Below, in pieces: positions 37,608-48,991 of a stretch of 64,000 bases of DNA (the stretch's first letter is position 1; each line of letters begins with the position of its first letter). The notes beneath the pieces were generated by a model, which saw only the letters and a list, made by a program, of their open reading frames with translations, ran no database searches and was not told the origin of the DNA. Origin of the DNA: Sedimentisphaerales bacterium (lineage in GTDB: Bacteria; Planctomycetota; Phycisphaerae; Sedimentisphaerales; SM23-30); assembly GCA_963666285.1 (NCBI GenBank), contig OY762711.1; one strand, 5' to 3'. The position numbers and the translations under genes were made by a program.

Positions 37608-38829
37608 GCAAACTGTTATATATTTTATCCAAAACTTCAATTTTATTTCCATACACACTTTTCTTGGCCTGTAGAATTGCATTTCTTGCCAGACTTTGTC
37701 TTTTTTCCTCATTTTCGTACATATCTACTACTGCATCCGAAAATTGACGACATACAACCTCCACTGATACTGGTGACACTCTGATACCAGTTTTTTCGTT
37801 AACAACATCCGTAAAACCAGAATAATCAGGGCAAATCACCGGCAAACCACACCCATACGCCTCATAAACAACTCCAGGTGATGAGTCATAAGAACTTAAC
37901 AAAACAAAAAGGTGACAATTTTTCATTACCTCAAACACTTTTTCTCTTGGTAATTTTCCATAAAAAATTACTTTTTTATTAAGCCCTAAATCTTTACACA
38001 TCTTTTTACTTTTATCTAGCATCTCACCATCACCAACAACATGTAAACGCCACCTTATCTTATCAGATAAAAATGTAAGCCCTTCAAGAACTAGATATAG
38101 ATTTTTCCTTGGCAGCATATTACTAACCCATATTATCTCTAAAGGCTCATTGAATTTCCTCTCTAACGGATTATCTACACAAACGAAATCATCACCTAAC
38201 CCAGATTGAATAATTATCGGGCATTCTCCTATGTCATATTTTCTCAATTTATCACTAAGGAAAGATGAGCCAGGAATCACACTCGAATAATTCTTTATAG
38301 CTTTCCGTACACTTCGCTTATATCTAAGGTCAAATGAAGCGGTACACTTTTTAATATATAAAAGCATTTTCTGAGAAAAAGAAGCATCACTATTTATCAA
38401 TGCCAATGGTATCTCAGATATTCCAGTTACAGGGCCCCAAACAGATGGAACCCCTAAATCCCAATATCTTCCCGGGTTTCGAAAACCACATGGAGTTAAT
38501 TTATGCACGATATCAATCTTTTCATTATTTATTATTTCTAGAGATACTCTAAATGCCATTTTATGCCAACGATTTAAGATTGCATTAAATTGAATTTGTC
38601 GAAAAAATAGAATATCACTTCTATTATCATTCCAACCGGCAGAAATATATCTGAAGATTATCTTATTATTAAAAATATGTTTTCTATTTTCGACAAATTC
38701 TCTATCTTCCTCTGCTACAATCACGTATAAATTATGTCTTTTTGCTAACTCACAAATAAAATCCCAGCCTACAGCCCATTCTGACCCCCGTGAGCCATTA
38801 CAACACATACATATCAATAGTAAATTCAA
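37594..38829 (-). CDS. glycosyltransferase GT4
   Basis: GSEWAVGW, VWGPV, DSSPGVVYEA. Confidence 0.9.
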   Translation of the reverse strand: MNLLLICMCCNGSRGSEWAVGWDFICELAKRHNLYVIVAEEDREFVENRKHIFNNKIIFRYISAGWNDNRSDILFFRQIQFNAILNRWHKMAFRVSLEIINNEKIDIVHKLTPCGFRNPGRYWDLGVPSVWGPVTGISEIPLALINSDASFSQKMLLYIKKCTASFDLRYKRSVRKAIKNYSSVIPGSSFLSDKLRKYDIGECPIIIQSGLGDDFVCVDNPLERKFNEPLEIIWVSNMLPRKNLYLVLEGLTFLSDKIRWRLHVVGDGEMLDKSKKMCKDLGLNKKVIFYGKLPREKVFEVMKNCHLFVLLSSYDSSPGVVYEAYGCGLPVICPDYSGFTDVVNEKTGIRVSPVSVEVVCRQFSDAVVDMYENEEKRQSLARNAILQAKKSVYGNKIEVLDKIYNSLLNGV

Positions 38830-40148
38830 AATTTCACTCGATCTCTTCGCAATAACCTATTATTTCTACAGTAGTTAACTGCAGTGATTTTATTTTCTAC
38901 CACTGAAGCATAGGCAATAAACAATGCAAACCAAAGCATCTCTGGCCTAGTCATACAACCACTAAAAAATGATCTAACTATAAAAATCATTAATACCATC
39001 ACTAATTGCGGTACCAGAGAACTATTTTTTCTATATAAACGATAAACCAACATACAACATTGATATATAATATTAATATATAACAGCAACCCCAAAATAC
39101 CAAGATCAAATATCACTTGAAGAAAATCATTATGTGCATGAGATCTGATAAAGACATTATTAAGAAAGTCATTTGTTGACTGAAAACCATTTCCAAAAGC
39201 AAGAGAAAATATATCTGATTCCTTTAAGCCTTCAAAAACTTCAGACCACATCAACATTCTACTTGAACCAGCACTATCATCTCCACTAAAAGCTTCTTTC
39301 CAACGCCCAACAAAATTCTCTTCATTAGAACTTATAACCAAACCACAAATTAATACACAGGTTATAATAATAATTGCAACGCGAACAATCTTTACACGGC
39401 TCTCAAATACATTTCTATTTTGTTTCAAATATACAACAAAATAACCTATTAACGCAAAAACCAGTGCAAGCTGAGCACCTCTTTTCATGGAATAAACTAC
39501 TCCGGAAACAATAATAAATATACAAAAAAGCCTTCTTTTATTCATACCACAAGTGTGCGATAAAAATAATGGTAATAACCACACTAATTCATAGCCTAAC
39601 CCAAGACCAACAGTATCTGAATCATACACTATCCCTCCAGGCGTAACTCTTGTTGCCCCCAAACGAATACTATAAAGTTCTGCCAATACAAAACGCAAGA
39701 TAACAAATACAAAACATATCCATACCAAAATAAATACCTTTTTTTCACTAAAAGGAGAAATATCATTTGTTAAACTTGCAGAATAAAAAGCATAATAGAT
39801 AAAAATCCAATAAAGACACTTTGAAAACCCCAAGATTCTATATAAATCTATTGGACTATGTACTAAAATAAGTACTAAATATATTCCCCAAACAAATATA
39901 GAATTTGCGACCTTATTTGACCTTATATCTCTTAACCTCAAACAAGATAAAAACACCCCTCCTACAACCATTATAATTAGAAATCCTCGAATATAATGCC
40001 AATGGTTTACAGATGGCCCCTCAGTTGCATCATATCCAGACAATTGCCAAATTACTAAATCAAAAAACATAACAAACAAACCAAGGTTTGTAAGCATCTT
40101 ACCTGGTTCTAAATGAAAAACTGGCTTTCTGTATAATTGAGAATCCAT
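38826..40148 (-). CDS. Wzy polymerase / O-antigen ligase family protein
   Basis: multi-TM; SMKRGA, GSSR...W, HAHNDFLQ. Confidence 0.8.
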   Translation of the reverse strand: MDSQLYRKPVFHLEPGKMLTNLGLFVMFFDLVIWQLSGYDATEGPSVNHWHYIRGFLIIMVVGGVFLSCLRLRDIRSNKVANSIFVWGIYLVLILVHSPIDLYRILGFSKCLYWIFIYYAFYSASLTNDISPFSEKKVFILVWICFVFVILRFVLAELYSIRLGATRVTPGGIVYDSDTVGLGLGYELVWLLPLFLSHTCGMNKRRLFCIFIIVSGVVYSMKRGAQLALVFALIGYFVVYLKQNRNVFESRVKIVRVAIIIITCVLICGLVISSNEENFVGRWKEAFSGDDSAGSSRMLMWSEVFEGLKESDIFSLAFGNGFQSTNDFLNNVFIRSHAHNDFLQVIFDLGILGLLLYINIIYQCCMLVYRLYRKNSSLVPQLVMVLMIFIVRSFFSGCMTRPEMLWFALFIAYASVVENKITAVNYCRNNRLLRRDRVKF

Positions 40149-40245
40149 AAAACGAAATTTAATACTCGTTATATTATAATTATTTTTCTATTAATAGAAT
40201 CAAAACATAAGCTATCATTTTAAAATTCAATAACTTATTATTAAT

Positions 40246-41019
40246 TTATAATGGTTTTACAATCTTTGATATCATTTTACTATATCTCCATATATCATTA
40301 AGTTTGGAGACATTTAGCGTTTCAATATTAAGAAAACTATTACTTCCGATCCAGCACCCACCATCACCTATTCTAAAATCCGTAAATAATACCTGATATT
40401 TATATATGTCAAATACTGAATGATATATTAATCTATTTGCATCATGAAGAATCACTATACCACTTGGGCTTAATAACGATTTCGCCTTGATTAAGCATTC
40501 CTTCCTGGCACGACCATCAATAAAAATGTAGTCAAATTTAACATTAAGTGTTTCAGGATATTCAATGTAATCTTTATAGTCATCATAACATTCAGTATCA
40601 GGTTCGACATTATTATTTGGTGCAATGCATACTATTGAAACCCCATCTTCATTTATCTTATTTTTTATATTCTCAGACCAAACTTGATCATGTTCGATTG
40701 AAATCCATTTTTTCTCTCCCACTATTAACTTAGGAAAACACAAGGTACTGTACCCTGCTCCCCATTCCAAGCATTGCCTGGGTTGATTTTTTCTAAGTAT
40801 TTCTTCTATTATTAGAAGTTCTCTTCTTCTCATCCAAGGTCTCTTACTCGATATATTGAAGAATTTCCTGAATAAACGCACAGAAACTTCATTTATATGA
40901 ATCCAAATAACATAAAAAATTATAGTAACTTGCATCACAATTTTTTTTAACACTAGAAATATAAAAGCCATGAATCGCATATTTATTGCCCCAGTTTCAA
41001 TTTCACGTAACATATCCAA
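40246..41019 (-). CDS. SAM-dependent methyltransferase-like protein (start uncertain)
   Basis: LEWGAGYST, SIEHD, IFIDGRAR, LHD. Confidence 0.8.
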   Translation of the reverse strand: MDMLREIETGAINMRFMAFIFLVLKKIVMQVTIIFYVIWIHINEVSVRLFRKFFNISSKRPWMRRRELLIIEEILRKNQPRQCLEWGAGYSTLCFPKLIVGEKKWISIEHDQVWSENIKNKINEDGVSIVCIAPNNNVEPDTECYDDYKDYIEYPETLNVKFDYIFIDGRARKECLIKAKSLLSPSGIVILHDANRLIYHSVFDIYKYQVLFTDFRIGDGGCWIGSNSFLNIETLNVSKLNDIWRYSKMISKIVKPL

Positions 41020-41858
41020 GTATAGTATACGGCTTCATTAAAATATATTTTATGAAACTCTTTTACCGGCTTATTCAATAAAGGAGCAGGTGTTGGATAC
41101 ACATTCTCATCCCATATGTCACCCCACCGTGTTACTTGAGGCTTAAATACTGGAGGAAATTCATAATATATCTCAATATGCTTTTGCAGCATTTTACTAT
41201 CTGCTTCATTAGGCAATACTCTTACAGCATTGTATTGAGGCAAACATGATATCTCATTCACACCAAGTATATTTGCAATTTTTCTACGAACTCGCGGTAA
41301 AACAGAATTAGAATTTTCTGATATTACGCCTCTGCGTACCGGATCAAAACCGACATTTGAAAATGCTTTTTTCAAACTATAACAATCACCTGTAGGAACT
41401 GGATAATTATCCTCAAAGACAACATGCTTAAACCCAAACCACTTACACTGCATAAGTCTTTTATACGCATTCTGATGATCATCAAACATTACTAGCGAAT
41501 TATCTGGAATTTCTGACCAATCATGCTCAGAGAAATCTCTATCCGAATACTCAACTTTATCAGATATATACTGCCTATTACTGAGGTCCAAATCAATAGA
41601 TACAATCCTAGCCTCAGGACAAGCTTTCTCTAACAGCCAGGTGCTCTGCCCTTTCCAAACACCACTTTCAACTATTAATTCAGGTGATATTGTTTTCACA
41701 ATAAACCAAACTGCAAACAAATGTGGTGCTCGCATTCCCGATGTATTTTCTTTTATTGGACGATCCTTACAAAGAATAGAAAATTCTTCTAGTCCATCTA
41801 ATATCTCTTCTCGGGACCAAGGTGAATTACCTATTTCCATTACTTTATGCATATTCAA
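40983..41858 (-). CDS. methyltransferase-fold hypothetical protein
   Basis: IVESGVWKGQSTW, FDDH, FEDNY. Confidence 0.6.
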   Translation of the reverse strand: MNMHKVMEIGNSPWSREEILDGLEEFSILCKDRPIKENTSGMRAPHLFAVWFIVKTISPELIVESGVWKGQSTWLLEKACPEARIVSIDLDLSNRQYISDKVEYSDRDFSEHDWSEIPDNSLVMFDDHQNAYKRLMQCKWFGFKHVVFEDNYPVPTGDCYSLKKAFSNVGFDPVRRGVISENSNSVLPRVRRKIANILGVNEISCLPQYNAVRVLPNEADSKMLQKHIEIYYEFPPVFKPQVTRWGDIWDENVYPTPAPLLNKPVKEFHKIYFNEAVYYTWICYVKLKLGQ

Positions 41859-41874
41859 TCCTCATAAATACCAT

Positions 41875-43107
41875 TTACCGATTTAACTTACATCCATCCA
41901 TATAATATTTCAAAACTAATACAGCCATACCACTTTGTATAAATTTTGTAACGCATAATGATAGAGCAATCCCGACAAGCTGTAATTTGATTATCATTGG
42001 TATACCAAAAATAATAAATATAGAAAAACACACCAACGATTGTACAAATATTACCTTTGTACGTTCAAACACCACTACTCCAGCATTAAATAGAGATGCC
42101 AAAACTTCAAAAAATCGCGACATGCTCCAGAATAATATTACGATAAATGGCACACTATAAACATCTCCATAAAGTTTTTCAATCAAATCATTACCAATTA
42201 ACAAAATACATATAAATAATGGTAGAAATATAGCTAGTATTAACATAAAATATTTACGCAATGACTCTCTAAATTTTCCGACACTTTCATTAAAGCTTTT
42301 CACTAATCTAGGTGCAAATATATTTTGCAAAAGTATTGCTACAGGATTTAATAAACCAAACAACCCAACACAAACACCTATTAGCGGTATAACTGAATCC
42401 TGACCAAGTATTTTCAAAATAAATGGAAATGACGAATTGGTTATTAGATTTAATATGCACGTTAAAAAAATCCACTTACCAAATTTGAAATGCTCTTTAA
42501 ATGTTCGAATAAAATATGATAATTCATTTGGTGGCTTTTTACGATTCAAATAATAGTACCATATCAGAAGAGATGGAATTAGGTAAGCTATTACTATCGC
42601 TAGTAATACTGTTTCAATTTCAATAAAATTATTAAAATATAATATTCCAAACATAGCGAAAAATATCAAAAAACTTAAAATACTATTTGCAGCCGAGTAA
42701 AAATATTCTATTTTAGCTACAAATATCATACGAATAAAGTTACTTATAACATCGCTCAGTATCACCATTAATGATAATACAAAAAATATCACATTGAAAT
42801 ATTTACCTTCAAAAAATATACCATAAACACCTGTAAATATTATGATAACCAAAACCAACATTGACAACATAATAAAACTAACCATCCTATTATATTCTTC
42901 AGAGTTTATTTCATCTTTATGCACAAAAACCATATATGGCGAAATCACAATACTAGTAGTTAGAAAAAGAGCATAGATATAGAATGTTTGCAAAATAACA
43001 TAATAGCTATAATCGTTAGAGCATTGCCTTGCTATTATTATTCCAACTAAAAATCGTAATAAAGTTCTAAAAAATTGATCTATTATAAGAATACTAACTT
43101 GAAACAA
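41875..43107 (-). CDS. Wzx-like flippase
   Basis: about 12 TM segments; position in the cluster. Confidence 0.75.
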   Translation of the reverse strand: MFQVSILIIDQFFRTLLRFLVGIIIARQCSNDYSYYVILQTFYIYALFLTTSIVISPYMVFVHKDEINSEEYNRMVSFIMLSMLVLVIIIFTGVYGIFFEGKYFNVIFFVLSLMVILSDVISNFIRMIFVAKIEYFYSAANSILSFLIFFAMFGILYFNNFIEIETVLLAIVIAYLIPSLLIWYYYLNRKKPPNELSYFIRTFKEHFKFGKWIFLTCILNLITNSSFPFILKILGQDSVIPLIGVCVGLFGLLNPVAILLQNIFAPRLVKSFNESVGKFRESLRKYFMLILAIFLPLFICILLIGNDLIEKLYGDVYSVPFIVILFWSMSRFFEVLASLFNAGVVVFERTKVIFVQSLVCFSIFIIFGIPMIIKLQLVGIALSLCVTKFIQSGMAVLVLKYYMDGCKLNR

Positions 43108-43229
43108 ATAATAATACCTTAAACATCAATTACACATTCCGCGCACACTCCGTGCCGGTCGGTTGCAATGAATAATTTCATTCCAACAGATAATAAAAAA
43201 AAGGGAATTTATCGACCTGAAAATACAGG

Positions 43230-45389
43230 TCAGTGAATTCTCTCGCCTTCGCTTTGCATTCTATTGTTTACAGCCTCTATAACATTACTGCGGCCGTATC
43301 TTTTGGCAGCATAGCCGTATCGCTTTTTGCCAGAAGTTATATCATTCAGTACCACACCTGAAATATCAGCTCCCACCGAACGCATTGTATCAGCAGCCAT
43401 AGCACACTGATCTCTGCCGCTCTGGTCGGCCCGAACTACCATTACCGTAGTATCACAGAAACCTGCAATTATACGGGCATCGGCAACTGATAAAACTGGC
43501 GGAGTGTCAATAACTATTTTATCGTAACTTCGTTTTAACACATCCAGGATCTCAGGAAATACCCTTCCGGCCAGCAGGTCAGAATGGAAACTGCCGCCCG
43601 GCCCGCTGCTCAGCAGGTCAAGCCCAGAAATAGAAGTTGTTTCTATACATTCCGGTAAAACATCAATGCCTCTCTCCAGAGCTTTGGCCAGCCCGGTGCG
43701 TCTGCAAAGCTTACTATCGTGTATCTTTTGCTGTGCCGGGCTGCGAAAATCAGCGTCTACCAGCAGAACTTTTATGCCTGAATGTGCCATAGTTATGGCA
43801 ATATTACTGGCAACTACTGATTTACCCTCGCCCGGTGCCGGGGATGTAACCAAAACAATAGACTTGCCATGCCGAACTCCCTGGTAATAGAGGTGAGACC
43901 ATATCTCGCGAAATGCCTCTGCCGCTTCAGAAGCACCATCGACCTGCGATTTCATCCCTAATCGCCTGATACCTTCTCTGACCGGCATATTTGGCACGGT
44001 CCCCAGAATTTGAAGCCTGGTAGCAAGATTCACATCATGAACCGAGCTTACACTATTATCCTTTAACTCCAGTACCAGGCCGGCAAACATACCGGCCCAT
44101 AAGCCGATAACAAGTCCCACTGCAAGAATTTTTGCATAGCTCCTTTCAACGACACTACTTTGAATGTCAGCCCTTTCCATTATTGTAATATTCATTGAAT
44201 TGGAATTAACTGACAGACTCTCTTCTTTTATCCTGCGGTCAAGCGTATCATTAATATCATCTAAACGGGAAATCTCTTTTTTGAGAAATTCATATTCTGC
44301 GGCTTCTGAATTGGTATTCCAGGCAATATCTTTCTGCTCATCCAGTTTCTTACGCTGCTGCTGAACCTTTTTGGAACACGCTATCCATCGCTGAATAATA
44401 TTCTCGCGATATTCCCTGGCAATTCTAGCGGTATTTTCCTGGAGTTGACGATTGATAAGAGCTTTCTTCTCTAAAATAGAATAAACTGCCGGATGCTGAC
44501 CGGTAGCTTTTTGCTGTATATCTGAAAGCTGTTTTTCCAGGGTTTGAAGCTCTTCGCGAAGCCTTCGATCCTCCGAATCAGAAAAAGTTGAATCTGACAG
44601 GGCTAACGATTTGATTTGCTCAGGCTTATCTACCAGGGCATTTACCGTATCATAAAGAGTTTGAATTTCTGTCAGTTCCAACTCAGCTACTGTTAAGGCT
44701 TCCGATATTTTTGCCAGACGAGCCAGTTCAATATTATCACCCTCTTCAAGTGTAATAGCTCCATTTGACCGTGCAAGCTCAAAGAGCTTCTCTCGTTTTG
44801 TCTTGAGTTCAATTTCATTTGTCTGCTTTTCTTTTTGCATAACAGATATTACTTCTGAAGAAGTACTGCTGCTTTGCATATTATTGTGCAGGATATAAGC
44901 ATCGACCATGGAATTTATCACATTTGACAGCCAAAGAGGTTCGCTAGAATAACCGGAAATTGTGATTATATCGTCTGATTTACCCACAGAAACATCTATT
45001 TTATTTCTTAAATATTTTAATGGATCACTAATTCCGGCCTGCTTCATACTGCTTACCAGTTCGGTATCGGACAGAATATCTGTAATAATCGGCATTGACT
45101 GAATAACTTCGGCCTGGGCATTAAGGAAATTCCTGGAGTCAGCCATCTTTTCCTTTTTAGCGTCAATCAATCTTGGAGATGTCTTTTCAACAAATAATCT
45201 GCTGTATACATTATATTTAGCTGGTGCCACTAAAGCATAAACAGATGCAGCCAGCAAACCTACGACCCCACATAAAATAATAAGCTTATACCGCCGAGAT
45301 AGCAGTCTGTCTAATAGACCTTCTCTGCTGTTATTGACATCATCAATAATATCAAGTTGTGCTTCCAGATTGTTTTTGTTTTCAGACAA
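43230..45389 (-). CDS. Wzc-type polysaccharide copolymerase / tyrosine autokinase
   Basis: two TMs flanking a coiled coil; APGEGKS, VDAD, IDTPP, C-terminal YGY. Confidence 0.92.
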   Translation of the reverse strand: MSENKNNLEAQLDIIDDVNNSREGLLDRLLSRRYKLIILCGVVGLLAASVYALVAPAKYNVYSRLFVEKTSPRLIDAKKEKMADSRNFLNAQAEVIQSMPIITDILSDTELVSSMKQAGISDPLKYLRNKIDVSVGKSDDIITISGYSSEPLWLSNVINSMVDAYILHNNMQSSSTSSEVISVMQKEKQTNEIELKTKREKLFELARSNGAITLEEGDNIELARLAKISEALTVAELELTEIQTLYDTVNALVDKPEQIKSLALSDSTFSDSEDRRLREELQTLEKQLSDIQQKATGQHPAVYSILEKKALINRQLQENTARIAREYRENIIQRWIACSKKVQQQRKKLDEQKDIAWNTNSEAAEYEFLKKEISRLDDINDTLDRRIKEESLSVNSNSMNITIMERADIQSSVVERSYAKILAVGLVIGLWAGMFAGLVLELKDNSVSSVHDVNLATRLQILGTVPNMPVREGIRRLGMKSQVDGASEAAEAFREIWSHLYYQGVRHGKSIVLVTSPAPGEGKSVVASNIAITMAHSGIKVLLVDADFRSPAQQKIHDSKLCRRTGLAKALERGIDVLPECIETTSISGLDLLSSGPGGSFHSDLLAGRVFPEILDVLKRSYDKIVIDTPPVLSVADARIIAGFCDTTVMVVRADQSGRDQCAMAADTMRSVGADISGVVLNDITSGKKRYGYAAKRYGRSNVIEAVNNRMQSEGERIH

Positions 45390-45409
45390 AATATATTTTC
45401 CCGGATTTC

Positions 45410-46555
45410 CTAGTCTATTCTATATAATGTTTGTGCTCCAAATTGCAATTCTAATATCTGACTCATCATTACCCTGAAATTAGTTCTGTCAGTATGACTT
45501 ACGTGAACAACGTCACCCGGCTTGAGTTTAACAACCATTGATTGCGGTGCTTTGTCTCCGGTAATCGGTAATATAACTGAAACTATCTCGCCAGATGAAT
45601 CCTGGCGGTAAATACTTAAATAGCGAGGGTCGGCAACCTCATTCACGCCCCCGGCATACGCAAGTGCGTTCATGACGTTATAATCTACGCCAGGCACAAA
45701 TTCAAAAGCACCTGGCTTTTTAACCAGTCCGACAACGGTAAACATCTGAGGTGCAAGAGCCTGCACAACTACAACATCTCCATTATGCAGCTGTACATCT
45801 TCAAATGGAACATTTAATCCTTCAACCGGCAACACCAGCGGCTTACTGAAATTTCTTTCACCTGAACGCTTTATTCGTATCGCCGAAGCACCATCATCAA
45901 CAATCCCGCCTGCTTTCATTAATAAGTTAACCATCGACATTTCATCGACACGTAACTCGTAAATTCCACTGTTTTCGACCGCACCTACTACTGATACTTT
46001 CTGGGTATAATAATCTGAAACAGTCGCGACAATTGATGGGTAAGTAACTACATAACGAGGATAATATGCTTTAGCAACTGCCGTCTCCAGCTCAGCAAGG
46101 GTCAACCCTTCGGCTTTAATGGCACCTACTACCGGCAATACCACATTTCCAGAAAAACCTACCCGACACCTATACGGCTCTTCCTGACCAGTCCAGTCAG
46201 GCAGCTCTGCCGAAGACGCCTTTAAAATTGCAGGCATCTCAAAAGCGACAACATCCCCTTTGACCAGCCGATATTGCCCCTCTGTCCAACATGCCGCTGC
46301 GATTAGATCCTTATCTACTCTCGGGCTTATCGGACCGGCCTGGTTAAAACGCTCCAGCTCCTGATAACTGCTTGGCAACGGTGATTTGCATCCGCTTCCA
46401 ATAAACAGGATCAGTATAATTGCTACTGCATACCCTACATTTTTAAAAATGAAGAATACTGGTTTACTTAAACAGGTATCCATACCTAAAGAAAACCGCA
46501 GCAATAAATCCTTTTTTTGCTTGATCTTCAACTCTGTTTTACTCCCTAAATCCAT
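45410..46555 (-). CDS. Wza-type polysaccharide export lipoprotein
   Basis: GSGC lipobox; poly_export LPVVG...GLT; SLBB repeats. Confidence 0.88.
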   Translation of the reverse strand: MDLGSKTELKIKQKKDLLLRFSLGMDTCLSKPVFFIFKNVGYAVAIILILFIGSGCKSPLPSSYQELERFNQAGPISPRVDKDLIAAACWTEGQYRLVKGDVVAFEMPAILKASSAELPDWTGQEEPYRCRVGFSGNVVLPVVGAIKAEGLTLAELETAVAKAYYPRYVVTYPSIVATVSDYYTQKVSVVGAVENSGIYELRVDEMSMVNLLMKAGGIVDDGASAIRIKRSGERNFSKPLVLPVEGLNVPFEDVQLHNGDVVVVQALAPQMFTVVGLVKKPGAFEFVPGVDYNVMNALAYAGGVNEVADPRYLSIYRQDSSGEIVSVILPITGDKAPQSMVVKLKPGDVVHVSHTDRTNFRVMMSQILELQFGAQTLYRID

Positions 46556-46606
46556 CCGTGGATTTATGAGTGTCCATATTATTTAGATGTACTCCCCGTA
46601 CTTAGG

Positions 46607-46623
46607 TGCAAATCTCATGCCAA
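46607..46623 (-). promoter_or_regulatory. sigma54 (RpoN) promoter of the EPS operon
   Basis: TTGGCATGAGATTTGCA is an exact GG-N10-GC, about 50 bp upstream of the wza-like ORF. Confidence 0.75.
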
Positions 46624-46814
46624 TTACACCATCTCAGGAATTAATTAACCTTACCTCTGTGTTTTCGTGTAATCTTTATGGCAAATGCCATTAAAACTCC
46701 ATCATTTAACATCTTTTCTCGATTTTTTAGCAATTATTTCTAAAATAATAATACTTACATTTAAAGCGCAATTATTGCGCGTCCATGCCTGATGCCTGCG
46801 CAAAATGCAGACAT

Positions 46815-46849
46815 AAAAAAAACCCGGCAGATATTTCTACCGGGCTTTT
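46815..46849 (-). terminator. terminator after flagellin
   Basis: cccggcaga/tctaccggg stem with an A8 tract. Confidence 0.75.
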
Positions 46850-46875
46850 CAGTTTTACTTCTTTTATTAAATATC

Positions 46876-48345
46876 TTACAGAAGTGACAATACACTCTGA
46901 GGAGCTGTGTTCGCCTGAGCCAATACACTGGTAGCAGACTGAACCAGGATCTGAGACCTTGTCATTGCTGATGTCTCAGATGCGAAATCTGTATCACGGA
47001 TAGCAGATTCAGCTGACATCAAATTTTCAGTAGTAACAGTCAACGAATTGATTGTCTTTTCGAGGGTATTTTTCTGGAATGATCCCAGACGACCGCGAAG
47101 CTTTGACACATCCTTAATAGACTGGTCAAGAATTCTCTGTGCTGTATAAAGATTATCAGAACTCAAACTATTAGCTCCACCAGTTTTGAGCGTATTTAAC
47201 TTACCATCGTCTGCATTACCCAGACTTGTTGTGTCAACACTCACAATACCAACTGCTTCCAGGCCGATTGCATCAACCTTGGAACCAATGGCAAAGTCAG
47301 CACCACCACCAGTCACACTAAATGTGTACGCACTTGTCGATTGAGCCACCTTATCGGTCAACGTCAGTTCAGCATCAAGCATAGCTGTCTTGATAGATAG
47401 CTTTTTACCTGAGGCAACAGCCTGGGTTCCATTGATAGTTGCAACCGCATCAACACCATAATCCTTTGTTTCAGCTATAGCAGTACCTGTTACATATGTG
47501 CCATCAGCCGCATCCGCAAGTATCTTCAATTCGCTTGCTGTATTACTCAACTGCTCAACGCTTACATATGCATCAGTACCAAAATCAACAGAATTCAAAC
47601 TTATAACATTGGAACTTACTCCAGCTGATACACCTGTTATTTCTTTTACCGCATTGATACTATAACTAATAGCTGAAGTTTTTGTACCACTGGCAAAAGT
47701 CAACTCTGTACTTCCACGATTTGAACCTATTTTGATACTAATAGTACCAGAAATACCTGTTGATGCTCCAGACATATATGCCTTACCAGTCTGAGCTGAT
47801 GCTGTTATATCAACTGCTACGGTCATTGCAGCACCATCGATAAGTTTTGCACCATTAATCTTTGTATCTGAGATAGCACTTGTAAATGTATTAGTTGTTG
47901 CTCCACTTACAGTGTAATCGAAGTTACCGTTAAGAAGCTTGATACCTTCAAATTCAGCTGAATTAGATATACGGTCGATTGTATTTAGAATTGAGTCAGC
48001 CTGCAGCTGGTTAGCTTCAATTTCTTCAGTACTCATACCGCCCTTATTAGCTACTTCACCAAGCAGTCCCTGAAGTTCGGTCAGCATGTCACTGATTTCA
48101 CCTAGTGATCCTTCAGCAGTACCTACAATATTAACTGCACGTTCTGCATTCTTGACACCGGTTTCTGTTCCCTTGATCTGTTTACGCAAATTTTCAGATG
48201 CGATCAAACCAGCCGGGTCATCTGAACCACGGTTGATTTTCAGACCAGTACTTAATCTTTCCAATGACACATTCAGGTCTGTTGTATTGTCATTCAAGAT
48301 TCTTGTGCTTGTTAAAGCCGTTACGTTTGTGTTAATTCTGCTCAT
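46876..48345 (-). CDS. fliC: flagellin
   Basis: RINTN...LERLSTGLKIN...DDPAGL; AESAIRDTDFA...AQAN; AGGAGG RBS. Confidence 0.97.
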   Translation of the reverse strand: MSRINTNVTALTSTRILNDNTTDLNVSLERLSTGLKINRGSDDPAGLIASENLRKQIKGTETGVKNAERAVNIVGTAEGSLGEISDMLTELQGLLGEVANKGGMSTEEIEANQLQADSILNTIDRISNSAEFEGIKLLNGNFDYTVSGATTNTFTSAISDTKINGAKLIDGAAMTVAVDITASAQTGKAYMSGASTGISGTISIKIGSNRGSTELTFASGTKTSAISYSINAVKEITGVSAGVSSNVISLNSVDFGTDAYVSVEQLSNTASELKILADAADGTYVTGTAIAETKDYGVDAVATINGTQAVASGKKLSIKTAMLDAELTLTDKVAQSTSAYTFSVTGGGADFAIGSKVDAIGLEAVGIVSVDTTSLGNADDGKLNTLKTGGANSLSSDNLYTAQRILDQSIKDVSKLRGRLGSFQKNTLEKTINSLTVTTENLMSAESAIRDTDFASETSAMTRSQILVQSATSVLAQANTAPQSVLSLL

Positions 48346-48910
48346 AATTTTACCTCCTGGGGTCTTATGACGACCGCAACCTTATTTACCGGGTATCGAT
48401 TTTTTCAAAAACCGTAATACTTTTTATTCCCCCCGGAGAACACATACACAACTAAAGGTTACAGTCCAGGTTCTATATTTTTCTAAATTAGTTACTTTTA
48501 TGTATTAAATGAATATTTATCTTAATCGCTTGCCAACGGGATATTGGCATCGGTTTTTCAGATCATAGGCCCTTCCCTCCCTGACTCATCTGGGTTGCTG
48601 ACTTGTATCTTCTAAATACCATAATCTTCAATTCCTATTTTTAGCGTCTTAAATATCAAAATATAATTATGGCCACAGAAAAGCTTTTGAGCTTCTCTTG
48701 TGACATGCACCACATCGTCGAGGGCATAGCGCGACTTTAGAAACCTGATTTGGGATTTAATGTTTTTAGGGATAAAAGAGTTTTTTTTTCTTTTCGGAGG
48801 TGACCAGATCAAAGAATACCAGCTTCAGGTCCGGTAATATCATACATACTGGAACTACAGAAAGGTTCGAATAGAGAAAGGTTCGACATATACTAAATGT
48901 AGGAGTTATA

Positions 48911-48949
48911 TAAAAAAAAATGAGAAAACAGATTTTGTTTTCTCATTTT
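48911..48949 (-). terminator. terminator after mutS
   Basis: aaaatgagaaaaca/tgttttctcatttt with an A-tract. Confidence 0.7.
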
Positions 48950-48991
48950 AAAATGAATGCAAATTATAGGACCAAAATATTCGTTACAGTA

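Noticed and set aside
48612..48812. 66-aa ORF upstream of fliC, and the nearby agaaaggttcga direct repeat (about 48859-48886)
   Set aside because: No recognisable protein features; a two-copy 12-mer is too weak to assign.
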